The notes beneath the pieces were generated by a model. That model had not been told where the DNA came from and did no database searches. It saw nothing but the letters and a program-made list of their open reading frames with translations. From a virus: a stretch of 64,000 nt of DNA. The position numbers were made by a program, and so were the translations under genes. The DNA is taken from the IMG/VR virus record IMGVR_UViG_3300008952_000004, positions 1 through 64,000 of that record. One strand, given 5' to 3'. How positions within the stretch are numbered: the first letter of the stretch is position 1; each line of letters starts with the position of its first letter. This document shows positions 35,634 through 44,600 of the stretch, one piece after another.

Positions 35634-36664
35634 AAAAAGTAATTATTACCGGTAGTCAAGGGTTCATAGGTTCTTATCTATGTACAGAATTTTTAGAAAG
35701 AGGATATGAAGTTGTGGGTATTGACAACTATTCCAAATATGGGGTGGTTAAAAGAGCACACGACAATCATCCAAACTTTTCTTTGTTTGAAATGGACATA
35801 TGTGAGCTAAATTCTAAAAAGGTGCAACCCCACCCATCATTTGCCGACGCTGATTATATTATAGCCAATGCAGCAATGATTGGCGGCATTAGTTACTTTC
35901 ACAAATATGCATACGACTTGTTGGCTACTAATGAGAGAATTTTAGCCTCGACATTTGATTTGGCTATCAGGCTTCATAAAGAATATAATTTAAAAAGAAT
36001 TCTTGTCTTGTCTAGTAGTATGGTATTCGAAAACACTAACAGATACCCAACTCCGGAGTACGAAGTGGAGACTTGCTCTCCACCCGCAAGTACATATGGC
36101 TTTCAGAAACTGGCATCGGAGTATTTTTGCCGAGGGGCTTATGAACAATATAAATTACCATATACAATTATAAGACCCTTTAATTGTGTCGGTATAGGCG
36201 AAGAAGAAGCAGTTGGCGAAGATGTCGTTATGTCGGGGAACATTAAAATGTTAATGAGCCATGTTCTCCCTGATCTGATTCATAAATCATTATTGTTAAG
36301 CCCCAACGATGCTTTGCCAATCCTTGGGGATGGTACACAGATTCGTCATTATACAAACGGTAAAGACATTGCAAAGGGGGTTAGAATTGCCCTAGAATCA
36401 GAAAAAGCAGTTAATGAGGATTTTAATATTTCATCCCCAGAGGCAACCACGGTTGCAGAATTAGCTGATCTTGTTTGGCAAAAAATTCACAATACAAAGG
36501 TTAAGTTTGAACATTGCCAGCCGTTTGAATATGATGTACAAATTAGAAGTCCGGACGTCAATAAAGCTAAAGATATTTTAGGTTTTATAACAGAAGTGAC
36601 TTTAGAGGAAAGTGTTGATGAGGTCATAGAATGGATGAGGAAACAAAATGAAAAATCTAGTTGA
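35630..36664 (+). CDS. NAD-dependent sugar epimerase/dehydratase (extended SDR)
   Basis: ITGSQGFIG, NAAMIGG, LSSSMVFE, YGFQK (YxxxK), IRPFN. Confidence 0.9.
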   Translation: MKKVIITGSQGFIGSYLCTEFLERGYEVVGIDNYSKYGVVKRAHDNHPNFSLFEMDICELNSKKVQPHPSFADADYIIANAAMIGGISYFHKYAYDLLATNERILASTFDLAIRLHKEYNLKRILVLSSSMVFENTNRYPTPEYEVETCSPPASTYGFQKLASEYFCRGAYEQYKLPYTIIRPFNCVGIGEEEAVGEDVVMSGNIKMLMSHVLPDLIHKSLLLSPNDALPILGDGTQIRHYTNGKDIAKGVRIALESEKAVNEDFNISSPEATTVAELADLVWQKIHNTKVKFEHCQPFEYDVQIRSPDVNKAKDILGFITEVTLEESVDEVIEWMRKQNEKSS

Positions 36665-36995
36665 TAAAATTATTAAAGAAGCAATACATAAATATGATGG
36701 AAGCTATACTTTGGATAACCCATTTGAAGAAATGATGAGCTTTGGGGAGTTGGTTGACCGATTATCAATTGTTAATTTCAAACTTTTTACTCTAAAAGAT
36801 GAGGTTATGAAACGTCCCGAAGATGACGACTTTAAGTCTTGGGCATCCGTTGAAGACGTTAAACTCGTTAAAGAACGTTCCCGACTTAAAAGATGCATTG
36901 ATGAGAAGATGGTTGCTATGATTACGCGAATCTCAGATGGAGACGCAAGTGGAGGATTTAATCCAGAAGTTAAAAAATATGGGGATAAAATATGA
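36648..36995 (+). CDS. hypothetical protein (DUF4254-like helical)
   Basis: GELVDRLSIVNFKL...ERSRLK..ID pattern. Confidence 0.55.
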   Translation: MKNLVDKIIKEAIHKYDGSYTLDNPFEEMMSFGELVDRLSIVNFKLFTLKDEVMKRPEDDDFKSWASVEDVKLVKERSRLKRCIDEKMVAMITRISDGDASGGFNPEVKKYGDKI

Positions 36996-37933
36996 AAATT
37001 TTAGTCGTAGGCGGCGCCGGTTACGTCGGTGGACATATGGTTGACCTCTTATCAAAGAATCATGATGTTACGGTATACGACCTTCTCTTATTCGAGAAGA
37101 GGTTTATGAAGCGAGTTAATTTTATTTATGGAGATGTGAGGGACACAGAAAAGCTAGGTACCATAATTAATGATTACGGTACTGTGGTGTGGCTAGCAGG
37201 TATGGTCGGCGACGGCGCATGCGCTGTAAATCCTGCCTTGACAACAGCAGTTAATTATGATTCAGTTAAGTGGCTTGTTGATAACTATAATGGAAGGATC
37301 GCTTTTCCATCAACTTGTTCAATCTATGGTATTAACAACGAACTTATTAATGAAGAGGCAAAACCAAATCCTTTGTCACTTTATGCCGCTACAAAACTTA
37401 AAGCAGAAAAATATATTCGAGCGAATGCGTCTGGTGAATATATTATCTTCAGGCTTGGTACTCTGTTTGGTTTAGGTGACGAGCATTCGCGTATACGACT
37501 GGACTTAGTAGCTAACATTCTTTCTATGCGCGCAGCTAAGGGACTTCCATTGACAGTATTTGGCGGCGAACAATGGCGACCCTTATTACATGTTAAAGAT
37601 GCTGCCCGAGCCTTTGTGTATGCAATAGAGAATAATGTTGCAGGTTATTATAATCTTTCGTACAAAAATTATACGATACAAAGTTTGGCAGAAGAAATAT
37701 CAGATTATATACCGAATACTGAGATTAAATATGTAGATATGCCGTTTGAGGATTTAAGAAATTACAAAGTTAATAATTCTAAGTTCTCGGAATATGATTG
37801 GAAACCCAAATATTCCCTTAAAAACGGGGTCGAAGAAGTGTATAATCTTATTATCCAACAAAGAATTAAGGATACAAACGATATGATATATTCAAATGCT
37901 AGATATATAAAGGAAATCGAGGGAGACAAATAA
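36992..37933 (+). CDS. NAD-dependent sugar epimerase/dehydratase (extended SDR)
   Basis: VVGGAGYVGG, LAGMVGD, STCSIYG, YAATK, FRLGTLFG, RPLLHVKD. Confidence 0.9.
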   Translation: MKILVVGGAGYVGGHMVDLLSKNHDVTVYDLLLFEKRFMKRVNFIYGDVRDTEKLGTIINDYGTVVWLAGMVGDGACAVNPALTTAVNYDSVKWLVDNYNGRIAFPSTCSIYGINNELINEEAKPNPLSLYAATKLKAEKYIRANASGEYIIFRLGTLFGLGDEHSRIRLDLVANILSMRAAKGLPLTVFGGEQWRPLLHVKDAARAFVYAIENNVAGYYNLSYKNYTIQSLAEEISDYIPNTEIKYVDMPFEDLRNYKVNNSKFSEYDWKPKYSLKNGVEEVYNLIIQQRIKDTNDMIYSNARYIKEIEGDK

Positions 37934-38355
37934 TGGGTATTCAATTGATTGAAGGTGGAATGTTCGCTGATGATCGCGGCAAATTGAGGTTTGTGAATGG
38001 GTTTGATTTTTCTAATGTGAAAAGATTTTATCAAGTGGAAAATCATCGTCAAGGGTTCATACGGGCTTGGCACGGACATGTAAAAGAGGGGAAGTATGTT
38101 TATGTGGCTAGCGGTACCGCTCTGGTTGGCGCCGTCCCACTGGACGATGATACTGTCACACCTAAGAAATATGTTTTAACTTCTGAAAAGCCACAGGTTT
38201 TGTGGATTCCTCCGAATCACGCTAATGGGTTTATGAATCTTGAAGAAGGTACAGTTATATTGTTCTTCTCAACTTCTACCTTAGAAGAGAGTAAGGGGGA
38301 CGATATTAGATTTCCTTATGACAAGTGGAACATTTGGGAGGAGGATTATCGATAA
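37933..38355 (+). CDS. rmlC: dTDP-sugar 3,5-epimerase / cupin (RmlC-like)
   Basis: F.DDRG, RAWHGH, LWIPP..ANGF, D.RFPYD.W. Confidence 0.8.
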   Translation: MGIQLIEGGMFADDRGKLRFVNGFDFSNVKRFYQVENHRQGFIRAWHGHVKEGKYVYVASGTALVGAVPLDDDTVTPKKYVLTSEKPQVLWIPPNHANGFMNLEEGTVILFFSTSTLEESKGDDIRFPYDKWNIWEEDYR

Positions 38356-38645
38356 TGACTTTTAAACAATACTATGATTATTATTTAAGCTTACACCAAA
38401 ACAAATGGACCCGTCGCTTACACGTTATGGGGCAGGCGGCAACAGTCTTATTTGTTATTTTGTGTGTATCTAAAGGCGCTTGGTTAGCACTCTTATTTGC
38501 CCCTTTTGTTGTGTATCCTTTCGCTTGGAGCGGTCATTTCTTTTTTGAGAAAAATATACCGGCTGCTTTTTCTAAACCCATCTGGGCTAAAGCGTGTGAT
38601 TGGCTAATGTTAAGAGATATTATTTTTGGGAGAATAAAATGGTAA
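38355..38645 (+). CDS. DUF962/Mpo1-like membrane protein
   Basis: F..YY..YL..HQN...RRLH..G...Y.FAW.GHFFFEKN.PAAF..P.W...CD..M. Confidence 0.8.
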   Translation: MTFKQYYDYYLSLHQNKWTRRLHVMGQAATVLFVILCVSKGAWLALLFAPFVVYPFAWSGHFFFEKNIPAAFSKPIWAKACDWLMLRDIIFGRIKW

Positions 38646-39469
38646 AAGTACTAATTCTTGGAAGCACCGGCATGCTCGGCAATGCTGTTGGCAAGTGGTT
38701 TTCTAAACAGTCTGACCGGTATGAAGTGACATTCACTCACAGGGATTATGATTTAGCTAGCACATATTATGAAGACAAAAATCTTCTTCATTTTGATTGT
38801 TTGGAGGATAAGTTAGTTGATCTTGATTTATCTGGGTATGATTATGTCATTAATTGTATTGGTACAATTAAACCATTTATGTCCTCAAACCCACTATCTG
38901 CAATTAAAATAAATTCTGTTTTTCCCTGGACACTGGCTTGTGTCTGCAAGGGCGCAGGCGCAAAGCTGATTCACATTACAACTGATTGCGTATATTCAGG
39001 GGCGGTAGGACAGTATACTGAAGATGATGAGCACGATGCGCGAGATGCATATGGAAAAAGTAAGTCTCTCGGCGAACCAGATAACTGTATGGTACTGAGA
39101 ACGAGTATTATTGGCGAAGAAGTTCATAAAAACGCTAGCTTGATTGAGTGGGTAAAAAGTCAACGAGGCAACACAGTCAATGGCTATATTAACCACGACT
39201 GGAATGGAATCACAACCACTCAGTATGCGAAGACCTGCGACTATATCATTTCGAACGATATGTATGTTGAGGGTACGTACCACGTGATGTCGCCGAAACC
39301 AGTCAATAAATATGAGCTTGTTACTCTGCTCGGACAGAAATATAATTTAGATCTAACGGTCAATGAATTCGAAGCATCGATTAGAGTTGATCGCACACTT
39401 GGAACTGTAAAGAGTTTGTGTGGGGATTTGAACATACCATCCATCCAACAACAAATAGCGGAGATGTAA
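38639..39469 (+). CDS. rmlD: dTDP-4-dehydrorhamnose reductase (RmlD-like SDR)
   Basis: LGSTGMLG, VINCIG, IHITTDCVYSG, YGKSKSLGE, LRTSIIG; likely start ATG 38639. Confidence 0.88.
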   Translation: MVKVLILGSTGMLGNAVGKWFSKQSDRYEVTFTHRDYDLASTYYEDKNLLHFDCLEDKLVDLDLSGYDYVINCIGTIKPFMSSNPLSAIKINSVFPWTLACVCKGAGAKLIHITTDCVYSGAVGQYTEDDEHDARDAYGKSKSLGEPDNCMVLRTSIIGEEVHKNASLIEWVKSQRGNTVNGYINHDWNGITTTQYAKTCDYIISNDMYVEGTYHVMSPKPVNKYELVTLLGQKYNLDLTVNEFEASIRVDRTLGTVKSLCGDLNIPSIQQQIAEM

Positions 39470-39471
39470 AG

Positions 39472-39666
39472 GTGAATTTAGATTTATCAAAGCAAGAATT
39501 AACAGTACTCAGAAACCACTTAGCGAAGGAGTTGAAATATTTTTATCAAACTCCCACTGAGTGGGATTTTTGGAAAGAAACTTGCCATTTAGAAGAAATG
39601 GACTTAATCTTAAAAAAGATCGATTATCATTTAGATTTAATGAAAAAACATACAGGAGAAAAATAA
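39472..39666 (+). CDS. hypothetical protein
   Basis: Likely GTG start 39472; overlaps next ATG. Confidence 0.5.
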   Translation: MNLDLSKQELTVLRNHLAKELKYFYQTPTEWDFWKETCHLEEMDLILKKIDYHLDLMKKHTGEK

Positions 39667-39869
39667 TGAAATTATCAGATCAAGCAATTACTTGCCTTAT
39701 GGGCGCTTTACAAAAATGTATTTTAGAACAAACAGATATCACAAACCTTTTGAGGAATTTTGATTTTGATAAGGCTCCGGAAAATAAAAGGTGGGGTGGG
39801 AACGGCGCCCTAGTGGTTACAAATCCGCCTACAATCCAGATGCAAGTACCACAAAAAGAAGATAAATAA
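39666..39869 (+). CDS. hypothetical protein
   Basis: ATG 39666 after AGGAG; MKLSDQAI..LM.ALQKCIL.QTDI. Confidence 0.65.
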   Translation: MKLSDQAITCLMGALQKCILEQTDITNLLRNFDFDKAPENKRWGGNGALVVTNPPTIQMQVPQKEDK

Positions 39870-40129
39870 TGCCAGAGTACGCTTACAAGTGCAAATCTTG
39901 TGAGATAGTGTTTGAAATCTATCACTCAATAAAAGAGAAGTTGGAGGATTGTGATCACTGTGGAGAAAATTCTTCGTTAGAGCGAATCCCCTCTTTACCA
40001 TTAATCTTAAAAAGAAATAATAATAATGGTATAATGGGAAAGCCCGGAGAGATAGTGAAAGACTTTATATCTGACGCAAAAGAAGAAATGAAAAGAGAAA
40101 AGAAAAGACTCTCTGAGAGGGAAAAATAA
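39869..40129 (+). CDS. FmdB-family zinc-ribbon protein
   Basis: MPEYAYKCKSC...FE..........CDHCG....ERI. Confidence 0.85.
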   Translation: MPEYAYKCKSCEIVFEIYHSIKEKLEDCDHCGENSSLERIPSLPLILKRNNNNGIMGKPGEIVKDFISDAKEEMKREKKRLSEREK

Positions 40130-40130
40130 A

Positions 40131-40319
40131 ATGGAATATACACAAGAATTTTATATTATGGTCACAAGCTTGGTATTGAATGTGATTTTGGGATTTATTA
40201 TTTATACTTTAAAATCGAGAGAAAAATATATTTTAAGAACATCCCAAGACATGATTCAGATATCAGAATCGTTTTCAAAAGAATTGCAAAAACTAAAACA
40301 TGAGGTTGATGAATCCTGA
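40131..40319 (+). CDS. small membrane protein
   Basis: N-terminal TM (LVLNVILGFIIY) then helical tail. Confidence 0.55.
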   Translation: MEYTQEFYIMVTSLVLNVILGFIIYTLKSREKYILRTSQDMIQISESFSKELQKLKHEVDES

Positions 40320-40633
40320 TGCTTGTTTTAGTTTCTTTTCTGTTAATCATTAGTTTGGCTTTAAACATTATATTGGTGTGGTATGTTCGACGGTTGATAC
40401 AAAGTATGCTACCCCTGCATGATGATGCGACGGAAGTTCAAGGAGTGTTGCGAGACTTTTTAGAACACGTACAAGGGGTATATGAACTGCCTCTGTTCTA
40501 TGGCGATCCGACTTTGAAAGCCCTACTGGAACATTCCAGAGAAGCAACTAATCAATTGGAGAGCTTTCGAAGCAGCTTTGTATTTGAAGAAGAAAAAAAG
40601 GAAATAGAAGAATATGACGAAGAAGGGACGTAG
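40319..40633 (+). CDS. membrane-anchored coiled-coil protein
   Basis: N-terminal TM (SLALNIILVWY), LPLFYGDPTL..LLEH. Confidence 0.65.
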   Translation: MLVLVSFLLIISLALNIILVWYVRRLIQSMLPLHDDATEVQGVLRDFLEHVQGVYELPLFYGDPTLKALLEHSREATNQLESFRSSFVFEEEKKEIEEYDEEGT

Positions 40634-41306
40634 CCGTAAGGGAAATTATTATTTTACCCAAGAGCATGAAGATGCCGTGATTAAGTATGCCATATCGGAC
40701 AACCGCCGCGAAAAAGAGCAAATTTATATACAATATATTGGACCAGCGTTTGGAGAAATGGTTGATAAAATTGTATACACTTATAAATTTACCACTCTTC
40801 CAAATATTGATGTACTTAAAGACGAATGTAAAATATGGTTGACCACAATCCTTGATAAATATGATCCGAACAAAGGGTCGAAAGCATTTTCATATTTTAG
40901 CGTAATTACGAAAAATTGGTTTATTCATAAAGTCAAAAAACATTCTACTCGTCTCCGCCGAGAAATTCAACTCGATAAAGTTACTAAAGAGGTTGAACAA
41001 CAACACATTTCCAATACTAATTTTTACGATGAGCGCCGAGAGGAGCAAGAGTTTTGGCAATACTTGTGGAGCGAAATTGAAGTATGGGAAGAAGAACTTT
41101 TAAAGCCAAACGAACAAAAAGTTCTAAATGCGGTTAAACACCTTTTATCTAATTCAGAAGATATAGAAATTTTTAATAAAAAAGCTATTTATCTATATCT
41201 ACGGGAGTTAACAGACTTGAACACAAAACAGGTGGTCAATAATCTTAACAAGCTCAGGACCAGATATAGGAGTTTTAAAAACAGATGGATGGACGGAGAA
41301 ATATAG
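40614..41306 (+). CDS. phage RNA polymerase sigma factor (gp55-like / sigma70 region 2)
   Basis: LDKYDPNKGSKAFSYFSVITKNWFIHKV resembles sigma region 2 (KFDP.RG.KFSTY; T4 gp55 KYDP....PFAYFT). Confidence 0.7.
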   Translation: MTKKGRSRKGNYYFTQEHEDAVIKYAISDNRREKEQIYIQYIGPAFGEMVDKIVYTYKFTTLPNIDVLKDECKIWLTTILDKYDPNKGSKAFSYFSVITKNWFIHKVKKHSTRLRREIQLDKVTKEVEQQHISNTNFYDERREEQEFWQYLWSEIEVWEEELLKPNEQKVLNAVKHLLSNSEDIEIFNKKAIYLYLRELTDLNTKQVVNNLNKLRTRYRSFKNRWMDGEI

Positions 41307-41608
41307 AGAATCTAGAGTCTTATCTAGAAGAAGCAATAAAGAACATTCGTGACGATCGAGCAATTACATCAGCTTTGTTAGCAGAAGCTGTTTCATATAT
41401 TAAGAAGAATGAAAGCCACCATAAAGATGTTGGACCGGTTGCAGCAAAATATGTAGAAACACTTCAACGCTCGAACGAACAATTAGTAAAAATTTCCAGC
41501 CTTTTACAAAAAAAAGAGCAAGCCAGACATCAGGGCTTATCTGAAGAAGACAGAAAAGATATTTTTGATTTGATTGGTAATGGCGAAGGAACAGCCGATG
41601 AGCGGTAA
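41285..41608 (+). CDS. helical hypothetical protein
   Basis: NIRDDR......KYVETLQRSNEQLVKI...LSEEDRKDIFD. Confidence 0.7.
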   Translation: MDGRRNIENLESYLEEAIKNIRDDRAITSALLAEAVSYIKKNESHHKDVGPVAAKYVETLQRSNEQLVKISSLLQKKEQARHQGLSEEDRKDIFDLIGNGEGTADER

Positions 41609-44600
41609 AACCCCGCCAACTACCGGTGCAAAAGGAAGTGAAACTCCACCCGTTGGCGCCCGGTCAGAACAAAAGCCCCCCACTGCGGGCGCACCATCCG
41701 GCGTTGCTACAGATCGTGTTTCACACGACTTTGCACCGGGAGAACTCAACGACCTTCCTGTACCTGACTTTATGCCCAGATATGAGGGTGGTAAAGATGA
41801 TGTGTTTAGCGCTTGGCGCAAGATGGCAAGAGATTTTTATACTCCAGATACATTTTCCAAGCTTGGTCCAATGAGGGGGGTCGTTTTAAGAATCGAGGAA
41901 GTTCCACACAAACCTGTTGAAGAAGGGTTCATGGGTTGGACATGGATGGACTTTTTGGATATGGAACAGGCGACAGTTAAAAAGATGCGAGTGCGGATCC
42001 CTGAGATACATTCGATGATTCCTTGCCCCGCAACTATCGGAAAAGAAGCCACAGAAGCAGACAACAAAATAATAGATTTATATGATTTATTTCCACCCAA
42101 AGATCTTGATATTAACGCAGATGCAGTTGTTGAGGGAGATATCGTTTGGGTGGATTATGGAAATAAACTAAATTGGAAGGACCCAGTTTACCTCGGCGCA
42201 GTTAACAAAAAACCATCAGCGGGCGCAGGCGGCATGCCCCCTGGTGGCGCCAATGCCCACGCCAATGGGTGCGGAGGGCAATACCAAAGAACCTCTACCA
42301 CTGCCACTGGAGGCGGCGGAACTGCAATGCCAGCAGCCAACGCTCCGCAGCAACCATATCAAGGGCTCCCCAGAATAGCAAGAGTAGATTTGGAAAAAGG
42401 ACAATGGGGGGACATTAGCAATGCAGCAGCATCAGCCACTGGCGGCTCAAGTGCTACAATGTCGCTTGACGCAAAATGGGTGGTGAATGAAGCAGCGCCC
42501 TACGGAAAGGGTACATATAATGGTTTTAAAAAGGCAGCAAAAGCCTGTCCATATCAACTTAGAGTATATTATGGACATATCCCCGGCAACGGAGAGGCAG
42601 ATAAAAAGAATAGACCCAATGCGCGAACAAGCATAGTCGCTGCCCCTTGGTATTTTGATGCGACCCAACCTTGGGAATTAATATACTTTTTTCACGGGCT
42701 GGGAGGATTTCAATCAAAATCTTTTTCAAATAGAATTATTCCTAATATAAAAAAGCTGATTAAAGAAAAAAGAAATTTTGTTTATGTTAAACCACAATTA
42801 GGTCACGGAGCTTTCGGTCACCGGGATGGACAAACTGATTCTTTTAATCCGGAAAAACACCCTGGTCGCGGAGGGGATTTTGCAATTTACCATAACAATA
42901 TTATAATGACAATTCAGAAACACATTACGTCAACAAAGACTCCCATAGCTAAAACGATGCAAGTGTCTATGTACGCTTGGTCCGCAGGCGGCGCCACAAT
43001 TGGTCGAATTGCCGCATCCGGTGCCATGGCAAAAATAAAGCCTAGCAGAATCTTTTTTGCTGATGCCGAATACCTTTGGGGATATGGAGATGTAAAAGAT
43101 GCCGATGGCAATAGTCAAGGCAAGGCTACTTCTGCACTTACGGCCGTTTGGAAGGGGTATGTTAAAGATAATCCTAAAGTGTGGTTAACTTGCATGACTG
43201 GGACTAAGAAAGTAGATGGATACACAAAAAGAAAATTTAATAGTATAAAGAAAAAAAATGATATATCAAAAAGACCGGTGTATTATTGGGCTACTGGAAA
43301 AAGTCATGGTTGGTGTGGAAAAAACGCCCTCTTTCTTATCTGCCCAGAACACAAGAGTAGAACTTTAAACCCACCTTCCGCCACCACAGCGGCTAAAGCC
43401 GCAGCGCCACCAAAAGTAGAAAGTAATGATAAACAAGCAGAGACAGAAGAAAACAAGAATACAGGTGTAAAACCAGAAGAGGAAAAGACAGGAGCCGAAG
43501 AGGACCAGGGCTTTGTACCCAAGCTTCCACCACAAAAAGAAACGACTGAGACTCCAAAGGAAAACAAACCAAAAAAGTCAGCTAGCGAAAAGCCAAAGGA
43601 TAAAGAGGAGAAAACGTCTGGCGGTGGTATTATGGGGAAGATGAAAGCTGCGGTTTCCGACGCTAAAGACAAGGCAGTGACTTCTGCTAAGGTCGCCTCG
43701 GCAAAAAAGAAATGGACTGTCGTTCCCTCAGGTCCGGACACCTCTTGGAAAGAGAATCGTGTACGAATTAGACATTATGGCGGAACAATTAAAAATAAAA
43801 AAGATAAATTATTGGCTAAAATTAAGGGTCCAAATGAGCGCGGGTATCTGAAGGCACACTTATTAGTTGTCAAGCGTTATCAAGCTATGAAAGCCGCCGC
43901 TGCTGCCGCTGGCGTACAAATGAAGGTCGTATCCGGATGGCGAAAACATAAATACAAATCATTCGAAGATTACGAAGCAAAAATGCTAGCCAAAGGTTAT
44001 GCATCAGCAAAAGCAGCTAGCAAGTGGATTGCCTTTAATTCTCCTCATGAGACGGGAATGGCTCTGGATATTAATTCAGTTGGTGAAGAAAAAGGGATGA
44101 TTTGCCAGAATCGCGCCGAAACATCTGGACGCAATAAAAACTCTGTTTTGGGAAAGTGGTTAATAGCAAATGCTTGGAAGTTTGGATTTGCGCCATATAA
44201 GAACGAGACTTGGCACTGGGAAGTTAGATTACCGGTTTATTCTTGGGTTACAGGTGAGGAATTTACCGACAACTTTGCTGTTCGAGTTACGAAAGTAGGT
44301 CCCAAAGTAAAAGGGTTTACTGGTTCTGGCGAATTTGGAAACACTAATATAGCGCCGGGAGCACAAGCAGGCGGTGGCAGTGTTGGCTCAGCTACCGGCG
44401 CCGGTCCTTGCATTCATGTACCATCCAATGTAGCTGGGATGGGCGAGCCATTACAGGTAACCAATGCTGCGCCAGTCTCAGGGCTTGGGGATAAATTAGT
44501 AATGGGCACACCGGGATCTGACGCGGTAGGCGACGATAAATATTTACGTAAATTAGTAGCTTTCTGTGTACACGAAACTGCCGGTTGGCCAACGAATATT

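Noticed and set aside
2890-41597. Longest-ORF starts given in the track (2890, 8842, 22810, 24096, 30021, 30874, 34425, 38325, 38600, 41574)
   Set aside because: Downstream ATGs have better RBS spacing or signal-peptide context and avoid long overlaps; adjusted starts were used.
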